NCBI RefSeq assembly: GCF_008831285.2
Contig: NC_045138.2
Location: 36,704,001 to 36,768,000, forward strand
Origin: Nymphaea colorata
Lineage: Eukaryota
Direction: 5' to 3'
Length of the DNA: 64,000 nt
Position numbers and translations under genes: made by a program. The notes beneath the pieces were generated by a model. That model made no database searches. It was not told the DNA's origin and was given only the letters and a program-made list of their open reading frames with translations. Shown in pieces: positions 1 to 12,963 of the stretch. Position 1 is the first letter of the stretch, and every line of letters begins with the position of its first letter.

Positions 1-540
1 ATGCCTCAGTTTGATGTTTCTTGAACTATCGTAGTAAAACAACCAAGAAAACTCAAAAACTCTTGAGGCTTGCATACAGCGGTCAACAAGAAGAGTGCAG
101 GTAAGTCCTAGCCTTCTCCCGTAAACTCATAAAGTAACTCAACCTAACGAAAACATTTTAGAACCCGGAAGAACAGATCCTCGCTGCCCAAGCGAAGAGA
201 ATTCCACATTTCACCCATGAAATCTTTGCTTCTCCCATGCAGTCGCCTAGACAACGTGCCATGAAAGAGGGTACTAAAACGAAAATACCTTTCTGCTTGT
301 ACAATGACGCTGAAAAGTTCACACTTCAAAGAATGAAAATCGCAAAACTAAAGTCTAAACAAATCGACACTAGATAATACTCCAGAACTACAAAATCAAA
401 TCTGAAACAAACTCAACTACCGACCAGGTAACTGTCTACGCTCGTGTCCTTGGCCGAAAACCTTCCAGAAACAGAACCGGAAAAAGGGAAAAAAGAACGC
501 TATGAAACTGACAATAAGACAGTTGATTAGAAATCCCAAC

Positions 541-1053
541 CTTTGCTTTAGGAATGACTTTAACAGCAACCTCCTGCCCCTTCAACTCACCCTTTTTGAC
601 CTTAGCAGTGCAAGTGAAGCCAAAATGACCGCGACCCACTTCTTCCCCGAGTTCATACTTCGAATCAAACTGCTTTGAGAACCCAAAACTCTTGTCCAAA
701 CCCAACTCGCATTCACTTCCCTCCGGGATTGATGGTGCGTTGGGCTTTACAGATCCATGCCTACGAGCGAGCAACGCCTTGATATGCTTCGCCGGAGACG
801 GTGGCGGGAAAGGCCGCTTGAAGAACCGGCTGGGCGTCGAATTGGCGGTTGAAGTCGGGGTCGAATACGGCGGCGAATTCTTGAAGAAGCTGTACAAAGG
901 GCTTGGGCTATAGAGTGGGATCTTTGCAGGTTTGCCTGCTTGACTATCCAACTTCGTTCCCACCTCCAATTTGGGCACATTGCTCTCCGAATTCTCAACA
1001 TTTTCAGTGTGATTTGGTGGGTCTGTAATGGGTTTTCCATGACACAGACCCAT
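541..1053 (-). CDS. CRK: CDPK-related kinase (CRK), exon 1 only; gene continues beyond the left edge
   Basis: MGLCHGKP N-terminus (Gly2 myristoylation and Cys4 palmitoylation pattern), CRK-typical [28 protein letters not shown], kinase subdomains I-II (GRGHFGFTC...[10 protein letters not shown]). GT donor at 540 after AAG; exon is 513 nt (171 codons). Confidence 0.93.
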
Positions 1054-3968
1054 GGCAAGAACTGACCCTCAGAAAATGGAAAACTCAAGAAACTCTTTCA
1101 CAACAAGAACCAACAACGGAAAAAATGCAGCAGAAAGAAGCAAATACAACGATACCAGGAAGAAGGAACCACCAAAAGCATCAAAAACACAGAAGAGTAA
1201 CCCAGGAAAAGACAGCAAAAGGGCCCAGAAAACTGGCAAAAGAGAGAAGAGCCAAACTAAACAACACCCAAAGTAAACCAAATGAGAATTAAGAAGGGAA
1301 AAAGAAGCAAAGACAAAAAGAGATTACAAAAGAGGGGCAACACACAAGCCCAATAAGGCTACGCTACGACGGTAAGCCTTCTTTGCAAAGACAATACAGA
1401 AAAAAAAAAAACTGTCTGAAATCAATAGCTGAAGCAATCAAGGTGGCTAAAGAGCAGAAACCCACAAGCAGACCTACGAGTAACACTCCCAGTGGAAGAG
1501 AAGGTGGGAATGTTGAGAGGTGACGAGAAATGAAAGAAAAGAGAAAAAAAGAAGAAAGGAAAGAAAGATCTCTGCACCAGAGGTGGGTTTTCAAGAAATC
1601 CCCTTTTCACCTTTTGCTTTTCAGTCCTCTTTTTTAGCTAAGTTGGAGAGTGGAATTAAATTATTTGGGGGTGGTGGATCCAAGCACAGAGTAGACATCA
1701 TCACATATAAGAGCGCAAGCAATGCGTTCAAAGGGCATCCAGGCTGTCCACAATTTCATCTAGAAAGTAGAAACTTATTTGTAACATCCGTTGTAACTTT
1801 TCCTTGGTCCCTCACTTTTCTTATAAATTTGTATTATGCCTTGTCACTTTCTTCACTCCCCTCAGTTTGAACAGGAGGGACGGTTTCGAATACTTTTTAA
1901 ACATTGCCAAATCTGACTTTGTTGAGGGCGATATAATTGTTTATTAGTTTATTATGTAAGCTCTCATTGTCGATGGCATCACTCCAGGACTCGATAAAAT
2001 AGGAGGGTAATCTTCTAGATTGTGGTGATGAAATTTAATTCTTGTTCTTATTTAACATGATGATGGCATGATGCCACCATGTGGCATTATCAAGTGAGTC
2101 CACCATCGATTTCGGCTCACCAAGGTGTAAAAACTTGGCCAGGTGAGTTAAGGGACGCGTTCCAAGTATTGAATCTTCACCTCATCAACTTGAATATCTT
2201 CAAGTCTTAACCCTCCACCAGATCTGAGAGAAGGCTCCTCTTTCTTCAAAACCCCATGGAAACATAATAATCTAATTGCTTTAAGGCCGAAGCCACATAC
2301 TCAAAAGGGCTTCAACAGCTTCGAGGCAGATCACATGCTAGCAGGCGATTTCCGATTGTTTCACCATTTGGGTCAAAGGCATCGATCACGAACTAAAGCA
2401 ACAGCGCAATGCGAGGGACTTTACATGGGCAGACGACAAGAAGAAGAACTATGATACAGATAAATTTCTTCGATTAGCAGGTTCTTCAGGTTCAAAAGAG
2501 TCGATAGTTTCTCTAATTATACAAGGAAAGCATCTAAGGCGCCAACATCTCTGCAATGCCAAAACCATGAATTTTGTCGCAAGAGGCAAAAACGGGTAAA
2601 TTTTTAGTTCAAAGAGATCACTCAAAATTTGGTTGTGAAACCTTTACTTCTTCTTCTTCTTCCCTCCCACTCTTCTCAAGACATACCCATGTGAAGAAAT
2701 TGAATGTAATCCCAGGAAATGAAGCCTGAGAAAATGGGCTGCTCACAACTCCATGGGCTCATGCTCTAGAGCAGACTTTCATTCATCTCCACAAAGGAAC
2801 AGTTTTTTTTGTAAAGGTGAAGCAAATTCCATTTCAGCTGCCAAAAGGCAAAAATAATAACAATCAATTGGTTGAAGAGCAATCATACCGGGAGCAGAAG
2901 AAGATCAAAAAGTGGTCTCAGCTCAACGAGGATAGGCTGACTGTAAGATGCAATTTGCTGGTCAGATCTAGCCACTCTGCCCAACTTGCAAGAGAGCTTC
3001 TACAGGGTGGCACTAATTAATTTTTATTTAAGAAGGCCATCTTGTATGCCCTGATGAGCACCTTCTCGTGTCCTTTCTTCTTCTTCTTTTTTTTTTTTTT
3101 TTTTTGTTGATCTAGAATTGAAAAACAACTTAATTTTCAAAACCATGGATAGTTTCTCGGATGTCCTTGCTTGGTATTCGTCCCCAAAACTGAGGATCAT
3201 GAAAGAAAAGGTACAATTGTGAAATTAGGTATAAAAGATAGATCACCAAATGAAATTTTTCCTAAAAAATGCCTTTTCGAGGCCTGATCCATGCCTTTAT
3301 TTCACTATTTACAAATGGAGCAGTAGCATTAAAACCTGAATGAGACAAGCTTGTCAATCCAGTTGGAAAATGACTATATAAAGTATTAAAGATGCTTATA
3401 TTGCAACTTTGACTACTGTTTAAGCTGAACAATAAAATCACAATCGGTGACGTATGGCTAATTAATCTCATTTAATGAGAAGTTGAAAATTGAAGGTTCG
3501 AGACCATGAGTCATATGAACATCTAAGAAAGTTGAAAAAGAAAGATAAAAATATGAATTACTGATTCTCTCAAGATTGTGGTTCCTGCTTACCCATAACT
3601 TGGCATGATGCCTTGCAGGAGTTGCCCGAGGATATATGTTTCAAGAGCAAATGGACGTCTTAAAGACGTTGAGAAGAAAGAAAAAAGACTAAAGAACAAA
3701 AACAATGCAAACATCACATCTCTTTCATGAGTAACAGAATTCCTTAAGGTGGTTGTATGTGAAGTAAGGAAATATATGTGTATGTGCAGGTGTGGAGGGG
3801 GGTGATGTTTGGAAAAAACAGAACATGTCTTCCTGGTCTTTGCTTAGCCCAACAGCCAAGGCTCTCAAACTCATGTGAATTGTTACTTATTCAACTGTCT
3901 CTCTCAAGATCTCTCTTGTTTATACAAAGAATTTCAGCAATTGTGATACTGAATCTAAAAGAAACCCA

Positions 3969-4006
<38 letters not shown>

Positions 4007-7000
4007 GTGTTCTAAGTATGTTTCATGGTACTTGGACACTGAAAATGAAGACGCATCCTCAATAGTCAAGCCTATCGCATGAACTAGAAGTTTTTGGTAA
4101 GTGATTCAGAGACACTGGATGCATCTAATTAACATAAAGGTAATCTTTTTGAAACATATTTGGAAGAAGTATAATAATTATTGAGAGATCGCCAATTCGT
4201 TCACGATTCGTGCATTTTTGTGTTGAAAGACAGCAACAGCACATGGGCAGGCCAAGGATGCATTTTTTGCATTTTGGAGGTTTGAATACCTTGAAAGGTA
4301 CATGGAACATTCACTCGGATTCTTGTCTGCCACTATACATATCATAGACAGTGGTAGACAAGAACTCGAGTGATTGGGAAATCAGTAAAATCAGTTTCCA
4401 CAGAAGTTTGGTTTCGTTATCGGACATTGCCGGTATAATTGTTCGAGTTAGGAAAGCATCCCACAAAAAATGCAATAACTTCTTACAGTATGTAAATTAT
4501 CATAAATAATCTGTATAATATGACATTAATTTGGACATTCTACATGATTTCTTTATTATTTTCCGTCAATAAATGCTATTTTCATCCACAATAATAATCG
4601 AAATTTCCGCATGTTTTTGCACCAGCACTCTTTTTCACAAATTATTAGCTACCCTTGTGTTCCAATCCGCAAGAATTCATGACAAAGATTATTATGATCC
4701 CGTGATCAAGTCTTTCATCCGGTGCCGTGTTTGAGCAACCCACCAGAGAGACAGCAGTCGATGAAGAGATGATGAGCGCGTTGAATGTTCCTTCGATTTT
4801 TTTCTATTCTCCATCATTTGACTGACTGCGCACAGAGAAGAAGAGAAGGGACTAGGGAGGAGGAAAGGAAAGGCAGAGAGCCTTCATTATGGGGAAGCTG
4901 AATCCATTTATTGAACACCAAGAAGTTGTTGGCCAACCACGGGGAATGCCGACTACAGATCGATGTGTGTGCTTCTGTTCAGAGACCCTCGGGTTTCAGA
5001 GAATTCAATAAATGAAGGGGGGCCTGAGAGTACCAACAAGGGTAGGTCTCTGCTATAAATATTTTAGAGAGAGAGTCAGCATCTCTCTAGCTGCCATGGA
5101 TGGCAATGGCGTATATTATAATGCATGGGTGCATGTGCTAGCTAACATGGGAAGCAAGAATCCAATTCCTCTCCATTGCAAGCAACAAGCAACCTCGATC
5201 CGCCATTGACCCCAAGGACAAGGAGAGCAGAAGCAAATCCCACCACCTTCGGCCCCATGCTATGCTGATGTGATGTTGCCATCGAAATATGGAGCTCTGC
5301 GACACCATGGTCCCCTAGAGAAGAAAGAACTCCTCTCTCTCCCTCTTTTTCTCTCTGAAAGTTGTCCTGACAAACTTTTCTTTCATCCGTCGTTATTACC
5401 ATTAATAATTCCTGTAGCCAAATCAATTTCTGCTAATTAAACATAGTAATTACTCGGACCAGAGAGACGACGGATCGCCTCTGTAGGGAGTCTACCAGAA
5501 TAAAAGGCTTAGCTGAAACCAGATTACTGCGGCAGATGAGAGAAATTAAATACATTGAATATCTGTACACGTTTGGGCCGATCTTCTTGTTTTCTTCACT
5601 CCTGTCAATTCACTTCCATGACTCCGATTTCTCTAACTTGAGCAACGTACGCAGGCCTCTATTAGTCTAAAATATTATAGCCACAGAAAATGCGAAATAT
5701 TCAATTAAAAATCGGTCAGCCGAATAAAACGAAAAAACAAATTTTTTGAAAAAAAAATGTGTTTTTCTTTTTTTGCATTTACATATTAGTGTCCTTCTTC
5801 AATATTCATTCACTTATTTTCATTTTACTATTTTCTTGAGGGGTTTAAAATTTTTAACTAGTGTCTTTTAACAAAAAAAAAAAAAATCTAACTCCACCAC
5901 TAGGGCATACATCTGCAAGTTGTTTAAAGAATATGAAAACGTTATCTTTGCACGTATATGTTCAAATCCTGTTAAATTCTTTACATTTTTTTACAGTTGA
6001 ACATTGAACGCAAGCAATCCGGAGTCAGAATCGTCCAAGAATGCTCCTTCTCATTATATAATTAATCATCTAACAATAATAAAACCCATATAGTACCAAT
6101 AATAACAAAAAAAATAATAACATCCACAATAATATTGTTATTATGGTGATGTGCCATGTCAATTTTCTACGTGAGAAGCGGTCAAAAAGGCAGGGCAGGG
6201 GACGCTTTGCTTTTTTGAATATATGCTGCCGTGTTTGTAATTGTACGTCCATGAATTTCTTGCTTTTAAATTTTTGGAAGTCCACCCGCTTGCCTCGATC
6301 TCCGTTAAAGCTGTCTTCCTCCTTTTGCCGTTGAGCTATTTATTGCCTTATCTCCATCGCCAAGCAAATAAACTTTGCTTTTGTTTTCAAATGAAATTTC
6401 TTTTGGGGGCTCGAATTTTTGGCGTAGCTCCTCGGAAACATTGCTCCATTTTCTTAAAAAACTTTTCAATGAAATAAAAAGCTTCACATATGATATGATG
6501 CACAACATGTCTACAACATCAATATCATTATGAGCGAGCAACGGGAATATTTCGTAAACACGTGCCCCTTTTTATGTTATGGCTAAAAATAGAGGGTCTT
6601 AATTGAAAATGTTCCTTCACTTTTGAGTTTTGACAACCTTTCCAATTGGATCACTACTTAATAATACCTTGGTCAAGTCTCTTGGTCTACTTACTTTTGG
6701 AGGGACTCATCATTGGGTGCAGAAGTAAGACTGGCACTAGTGCTCAAGAAAGAAAATATTTTCTTTTTGTGTGTAAATAATTAAAGATATGCTCGTATGC
6801 ATGTGTGTGTCATGTTCCTTGCTTCAGTTTTGTCCTACTGGTTATATTATGAATATTCAAACAAATGATATTGAGGTATATCCCTCGTATGATCCATTTA
6901 TTAACTTTACACTTGCATAAGGAAAACCGCATTTGAGCAGCAGCAAATATGACAATCGAGTTGAAGGATATAACAATGGTTTATCTAAGTTTCAAAGAAA

Positions 7001-7725
7001 GCAAGAACCTTGAAAGCATAAGGGTATGGCTCTTGGAGGCGTTTTATATATGCTCGGAGGATCAGATGCATGTGCGTTCGAAACATGCCATGCATGTGTA
7101 TGTGTGGGACAGTTATATTGGTTGAATTGCATGTGAATCTATATGTGGATGCATGGTTTTTGGATCTTATGAGACGGGATACCCAAAAAATTCCTCTGTT
7201 TGAATCTCCACTTTAATTTGTTTCCTTTTGTAACTTAAACCAAATAGAATATGCTTGAATTGGCAGAGAAGGAATTGTAGTGGGCAGTACCTGGACTTGC
7301 ATGCAGCAAAAGTCACGACTTAACGTTGTTTTTTTCTTGTCCTCTTTCACTGTAGCGGCACTGAGATTTATTATTTCTTAAAACATTCTTGCATATTATT
7401 AACTTAATTCATTATTAAAATTCTTATTAGCTTGATGGATGTGAGCTTCCCAAGAGAATTACTGCTCGAATTTCTGATCTCGAAAAATGCCATCTACAAG
7501 TTTGGGCCCATGTTCTTGGAATATTACAAGAGCAAAACACTTCGGTACTGAATAAAAACAAAAAAATTTCCCCACTTGAAGTTAATCAACGCTGCCGGCG
7601 TCGCCCTTGGGTTTATAAAAAAAAAAATAACGACGACGACAAAATGTCATTTTTATGTATATTTTGTAGTAAAAATTGAAAAACCAAATATATGTTAACC
7701 TTTTTTTGAGAAATTAAACTTTCAT

Positions 7726-8148
7726 GGCTTGTTTGGCAGTAGGGATATCTTAAGTCCCATTAATCTATTTAAAAAAATTGAACAATATTTATTGTGACAT
7801 TTTATAAATCTGTTTAAAAAATCAAACAAAATACACAAAGCAATTGCTGTAGAATTTCATGAATATGTCCAAATCTACTTGTTATAATCGCAAAAATCGA
7901 AGAGTGACCTTCCTGCTGCAACTTTTTATGGAATCTCAATTTCATAGAAAGTTTTAGTGTTTCATAAATCTAAGTTTTAGTTTTTTACAAATCTGTTCCA
8001 ACTCACAACCTGCTTCATCAACTTATGCCGATAACATGCAGTTTAAAACAATTAAATAGCGAAGACAATGAAAGATCCAAAATAGAGAAGATTGAGTAAA
8101 TCACCAAATCGCAGATCATGGATCAAACCTCAATTACCAACCAACCCA
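7726..8148. mobile_element. Degenerate MITE-like element (GGNTTGTTTGG...CCAANCAACCC ends)
   Basis: Left end GGCTTGTTTGGCAG, right end ACCAACCAACCC (imperfect inverted repeat), AT-rich interior; similar ends at 46302-46455. No clear TSD. Confidence 0.4.
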
Positions 8149-8996
8149 AATAAGAACGCATCTGACAGCTCCTAGGAGAAGGTGCGGTCGATCGTACGGA
8201 GGACATTCACCGTCAGTCAGGGAATCAATTCCATTCTATGGGCGGGGACCCATGGATACATTTGGATCCATATCCAGCTCCTTTTCTTCCATGAATCGTA
8301 CGGAAATCGTAGCCCCATCCCTATCTGGATTTCGGTCGTCGTGGATTGTATTTGTGCGTGCCCGCGTACAAGATCTCCGAAGAACCATGAAATTTCGAGA
8401 TCTCGATCTTTGGAGTTCTTCGTGAAGATACACGCTGCGTGCGGATGCGAGCCCGTAACGTGAAATTAATATCTTCACCCTGTTTGATGGCAGTACAACT
8501 GTTTGACGTCTTAGTTGTCGAGGGTAAGCTCGTGGCGTGTTAAACATACTGCTAAAAAAAAAGTTTACGAATAGACAGATGCATTATTATGATTATTTGA
8601 GTTGTCCAACATTATATAATAAATAAGAGAACATGCCAGTCAATTTATTTTGTTTATTAGTGTTTCTTAATTAGTGTTTACTGTCAAATTTAATTATGTA
8701 GATGGATTCAAAATAAATATTAAAACCTATGAGTAAAAGAAAACATGCAAAAGGGATCTACAAATTAGGTCATGTAGGTCTTAAAAATTAATGGTCTCTA
8801 TCTTTCATATCCCATTAATTTTAATCCAGACATCGAACAGTGGCGGAGTCAGAAATTTTAGCTTAAATGATCGACATGCAATTAGCTGGATCCTGTGGTG
8901 GCGGCTCTTATGGCTGGACCCAGGACCCCGGTCCACTATCATTGAAAGCTGGACAACTGTATATAGGGGCCCACTTATGGCTCGGCCACCAACACC

Positions 8997-9084
8997 AAAC
9001 TTATATATTTGTGCATCTACTACATATTTATACAAACAGCAAACTTATATATTTGTGCATCTACTACATATTTATACAAACAGC
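8997..9084. repeat. Perfect 44-bp tandem duplication
   Basis: AAACTTATATATTTGTGCATCTACTACATATTTATACAAACAGC twice. Confidence 0.95.
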
Positions 9085-11282
9085 TTAAATAAATAAGAAT
9101 AATATAAAGTATGTATTTAACATGACATAATATGTAGAGAGAGAATATGATACTTAATTTGCAGTAGTACGTTATCTAATTTTAGGGGGGACGCCCTCCG
9201 GTGCATATAAAAATCAATGGGGGTCACATGCAACTAAAGTCTAAATAGCTAAAGCAACAAAAAAGTATCATTGATAGTCTAAATGGAAGTGCACAGATGA
9301 AATCTTGAGCAAGAAGGCATGTTAAAATATCACCTATTCCGCAAGTAGTATATGGCTCAACTCTTTTTATATTGTGACTTCTTTTTTCAAGTTTTCTTGT
9401 TCTTGTAAAATCTATGCACATTTCCATGGGCTAGTTTCGCACCAAATCCTATGAAATGCATGTGCTCCATTTCCATGTTGATACAAATTTTTCTATTTAT
9501 CTTATCAGTTTCTTTTCATCAACTTTCATAATCTTTCTTAACTAACATGTTCTTCGAATGTTTAGGCACTCGAAAGGATACATTCGTGTAGCAAAGTAAG
9601 GGAGCATGATAACATGGTTTCGATGTTAAAACCACAAAATGATCTTTGCTTCGAGGAAATGGTTTCACGAGAAGACTACATCAGAAAGGATGTTTAGTCT
9701 ATCAATGCGATAGTGTTTCCAACACTATGACTTCAAGAGGAAGTTATTATATATGTGGAAACCATGTGGGTGTCCACTACCAACGCCCTAATTTATCCAG
9801 CATGAAAAATCATTCGCTGCATAGTTCTCCGCTCAAAAGGTGTTTGCAACCAAGACACTCGCTAAGGAGGCGTTTGATAAATTCGGATTTAAAGTCTATA
9901 AATCAAAATCTATGGTTCATCAAACTACCATACAAAATACATTGAAAAGGGTCGACGTGTTTGTTTGGGCGCGAGGACACCCCATCTAAGATGTCCCCGT
10001 CTATTGGCCTGCTCTGGATGCCCCAGAATTATTGTCATCGCTCCAAAGATGCGACAAAATTTAATGGAAAATATGTTCCAATTTTTTGCATCATATGGGC
10101 ATGGGGTCCAATTTATGTGGAGGAGGTTCACTGATCTAGTCCCCATTGATCTAAATGAGAACAAAAATTGACGGCTGAGAAGTCTTTTTCTTTTTTTATC
10201 TTTTTGTATTTATCTGGTTTAATTTTTTAAGGGGAGATGCATGATAATGATGGTCGGCGTTCCAAGTTTCTTAATCGAAATCTAGTGGTCGTTGTCATAA
10301 GGAGAAGAAGACAGAGAAGGAGATAAGAGCTCAACTGCATGGAGATAAAAGGGGCCCATGATCGATGATCACAACAAACCCACTGCACGTATATATGGTC
10401 CAGTTAGTTTAGCTTGAATATTGGATTCAACTACCAATTGTCTTTCAATCTTTTCCTTGGTTTTGTCCCATGCGTTTTCAAAAGCAAAATATGTATATAC
10501 AGTTCTACTTTTCCTTCTGTCATTTCTGTTCTATATATCTTTTGCTTTTTATGGTTCAGATTCTTTTGATAATCGACTGGTTACGTCACTTTCCGGGAGA
10601 GAAGAGAGAAGTGAGATTGGTCACAAATACTTGTTCTCCTTGTTTGTTCATTGGCGTTGAATGCGAAATTCATGGGAGACAGAGAGAATGAGATTTGATA
10701 TGATGCTATTTGCTTGTTGATTTTATGTTTAATTTTCGTTAATTGATGTATTTTCATTAGTCATGACTCACTTATACACCCTCTCACGCCTTTTCAGACC
10801 TGCAATACTTGTTCTACTCCAACACATTCACAAGTTAAGGAGCTGTTAGGATCTGGTTGCCCAATACTTGAAATTCAAATATACCAAGACTGGTGACCTG
10901 AAAACTTGTTTGATATTTGAAATCTGCTCAACTTGGAAAATTGGTAAGACCCATGTGATGTGGTTCATGAGATCATAACCACAGAATTCTAATATGTAGT
11001 TTAACAGATTGAGTAAAAGATAAGAACTCTAATGAAATAAGAATTGATGAATCAAAACCAAAACCAGTATGAAGTAATATGCAGTGACGAGTGCCAATGT
11101 AGGTGCTGGTCTCATGTGGTAGAAGCGACTTATGAACGAATGAAATTAGTTGGTGAGACCATTAGGAGTTCTAGACAATATTATGAATGCCCAAATGTTG
11201 AACAACCAACCTTTTCTTTTTTTTTTAGTTTTGCAATGGCGCAGAGTTCTCTCCTAAATCCTTGAGAGAGTAGTATAGACCC

Positions 11283-11521
11283 TAAGAAGAGATTTGGTAA
11301 GAAAATATTATGTTCCTTGAACACATTTTCCTCAAATAACATGCTCCAAAGACGTCATGTTATTGTTTCAGAACACATGGTGCAATTATATCTAGCATTT
11401 AATTATGATCTGAATTATCATATTGTGTATCTTGCAAACAAGAACAGAATATTTTTGGAACATATATTTTAAAAATATGTGTACCAAAAACACAACTTTT
11501 TTCTTGTCAAGTGCCTTTAAG
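11283..11521. mobile_element. Degenerate MITE-like element
   Basis: TAAGAAGAGATTTGGTAAGAAAA versus TTTTCTTGTCAAGTGCCTTTAAG form imperfect terminal inverted repeats; internal GAACA/TGTTC repeats. Confidence 0.35.
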
Positions 11522-12777
11522 ATTCAAAAGGATTGGTTAGGTGCAACCTAAAAATCGTATTCCATCAGTTTACGCCTTCGTTTGCAGCTACCCGAGTCTG
11601 TCGATGGTACAAATTTACTTTCTTAATTCCAAGAGATGTTAAAAGAAAGTATGCATGTAAGTACGGTTGACGTGTTCTTTTAATATGTCAATAATTTTGC
11701 ATGCGCAACATATTTTAATTAGATACAGAGTATGTTGTTTATAAATACCTGGCTTAATGAATAATCTCATATAATAAAACTGGCAAAGTTCACAAACTGA
11801 GATTCTTGTTCTGGAAAGAAAATCATAGGATAACTTGTAAGTAGGCTCGCATGCATCGTTGTATCATGCATGGAAAATCTATATAAGATTTCTTGACAGG
11901 CATATTAATGTCTTCAAGCTTGTGCTTCGTGATTTTCTTATGGAGGGCAACACGTTTCGTGAAAACTGCCAAGTAAAAGCTTCAATCTGTGTTAGCTTGA
12001 GAAATAGAGAAAGTTACATGCAATTTTTTTTTTTAAATATTACTTGGTATCACTAAATTACATTCTTACAAGCAAAAATTAATTAATAAGAGTGGAGTAA
12101 GAGATTAAAGAACTCGAGATTTTCATAGTTGACTTAGCTGGTGAACTTGGAATTATGTGAATCTTGACGTAAAATTCATGAGGTGCAAAATATTTATACT
12201 TCCGCACGAGGCTTCCTTGCATCTGATGTCCAATGGTATCATTTCCTTTGCCAAACTAAACTAAACATAAAGAAAGTTGGTCTTAAAACCTTTAGATTTA
12301 AGGCCACGCTTAGAAATTAATCAATAGATCTAACGTCTTATACTGATAGGTATTGACTATTCTTTTGTTTAATGTAGCCATGCATTAAATAAAGAACCAC
12401 ATGGTAATGTGATTATCAGTAAATAAATACTATATTTATATGTAAACGATAAGAATATATTAACTTAGTAGTTGTTTCATCATTACTTAAGTAAGCCATG
12501 CTAAGATGACTGAGATTTGATTCAGCGATTATATTAATATTTGAATGTTAAGGCCGTAAACCATCAGGTACGTGTTTATTGAGAAGGCCCCAAATCCCTC
12601 CTCAGTATCAACTGTAATGCATAATTAAACTTACTTTACATAAACTGAATTAAACATATCTTTAGTAGTTAGGACGTGTTTGGATGAGCGAAGAAACGTT
12701 TGAGAAAAAACATTAAATGGACTTTCCCTTGATGTCGGCTTGGATTGGGTGGTTTGAACCAGATGGGCGGGCGGCTG

Positions 12778-12963
12778 CAGGGGCGGAGCCAAGAGGGGCA
12801 CACAGGGGCCTTGGCCCTCTTTACATTTTTTTTTTAAACTACATGTACATTTTTAAAAATTTTTATTTATCCTATATAAAATTTTTAAAATTTGTATTTC
12901 CGTCTCTGTTTTTGAAACTGTAATTCGGCTCTCCTCATGAAAAATTTATGATTCCAACCCTAG
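12778..12963. mobile_element. Short non-autonomous element (CAGGGGCGGAGCCA-type end)
   Basis: Left end CAGGGGCGGAGCCA, degenerate right end TGATTCCAACCCTAG, AT-rich core. Related ends at about 8838 (CAGTGGCGGAGTCAGAAATTTT), 48490 (CAGTGGTCGAGCCAGAAAATTTT) and 5890 (AACTCCACCACTAG). Confidence 0.5.

Noticed and set aside
5187..5210. GCAACCTCGATCC resembling the IPS1/miR399 target-mimic motif
   Set aside because: The required TTTGGCA half is absent.
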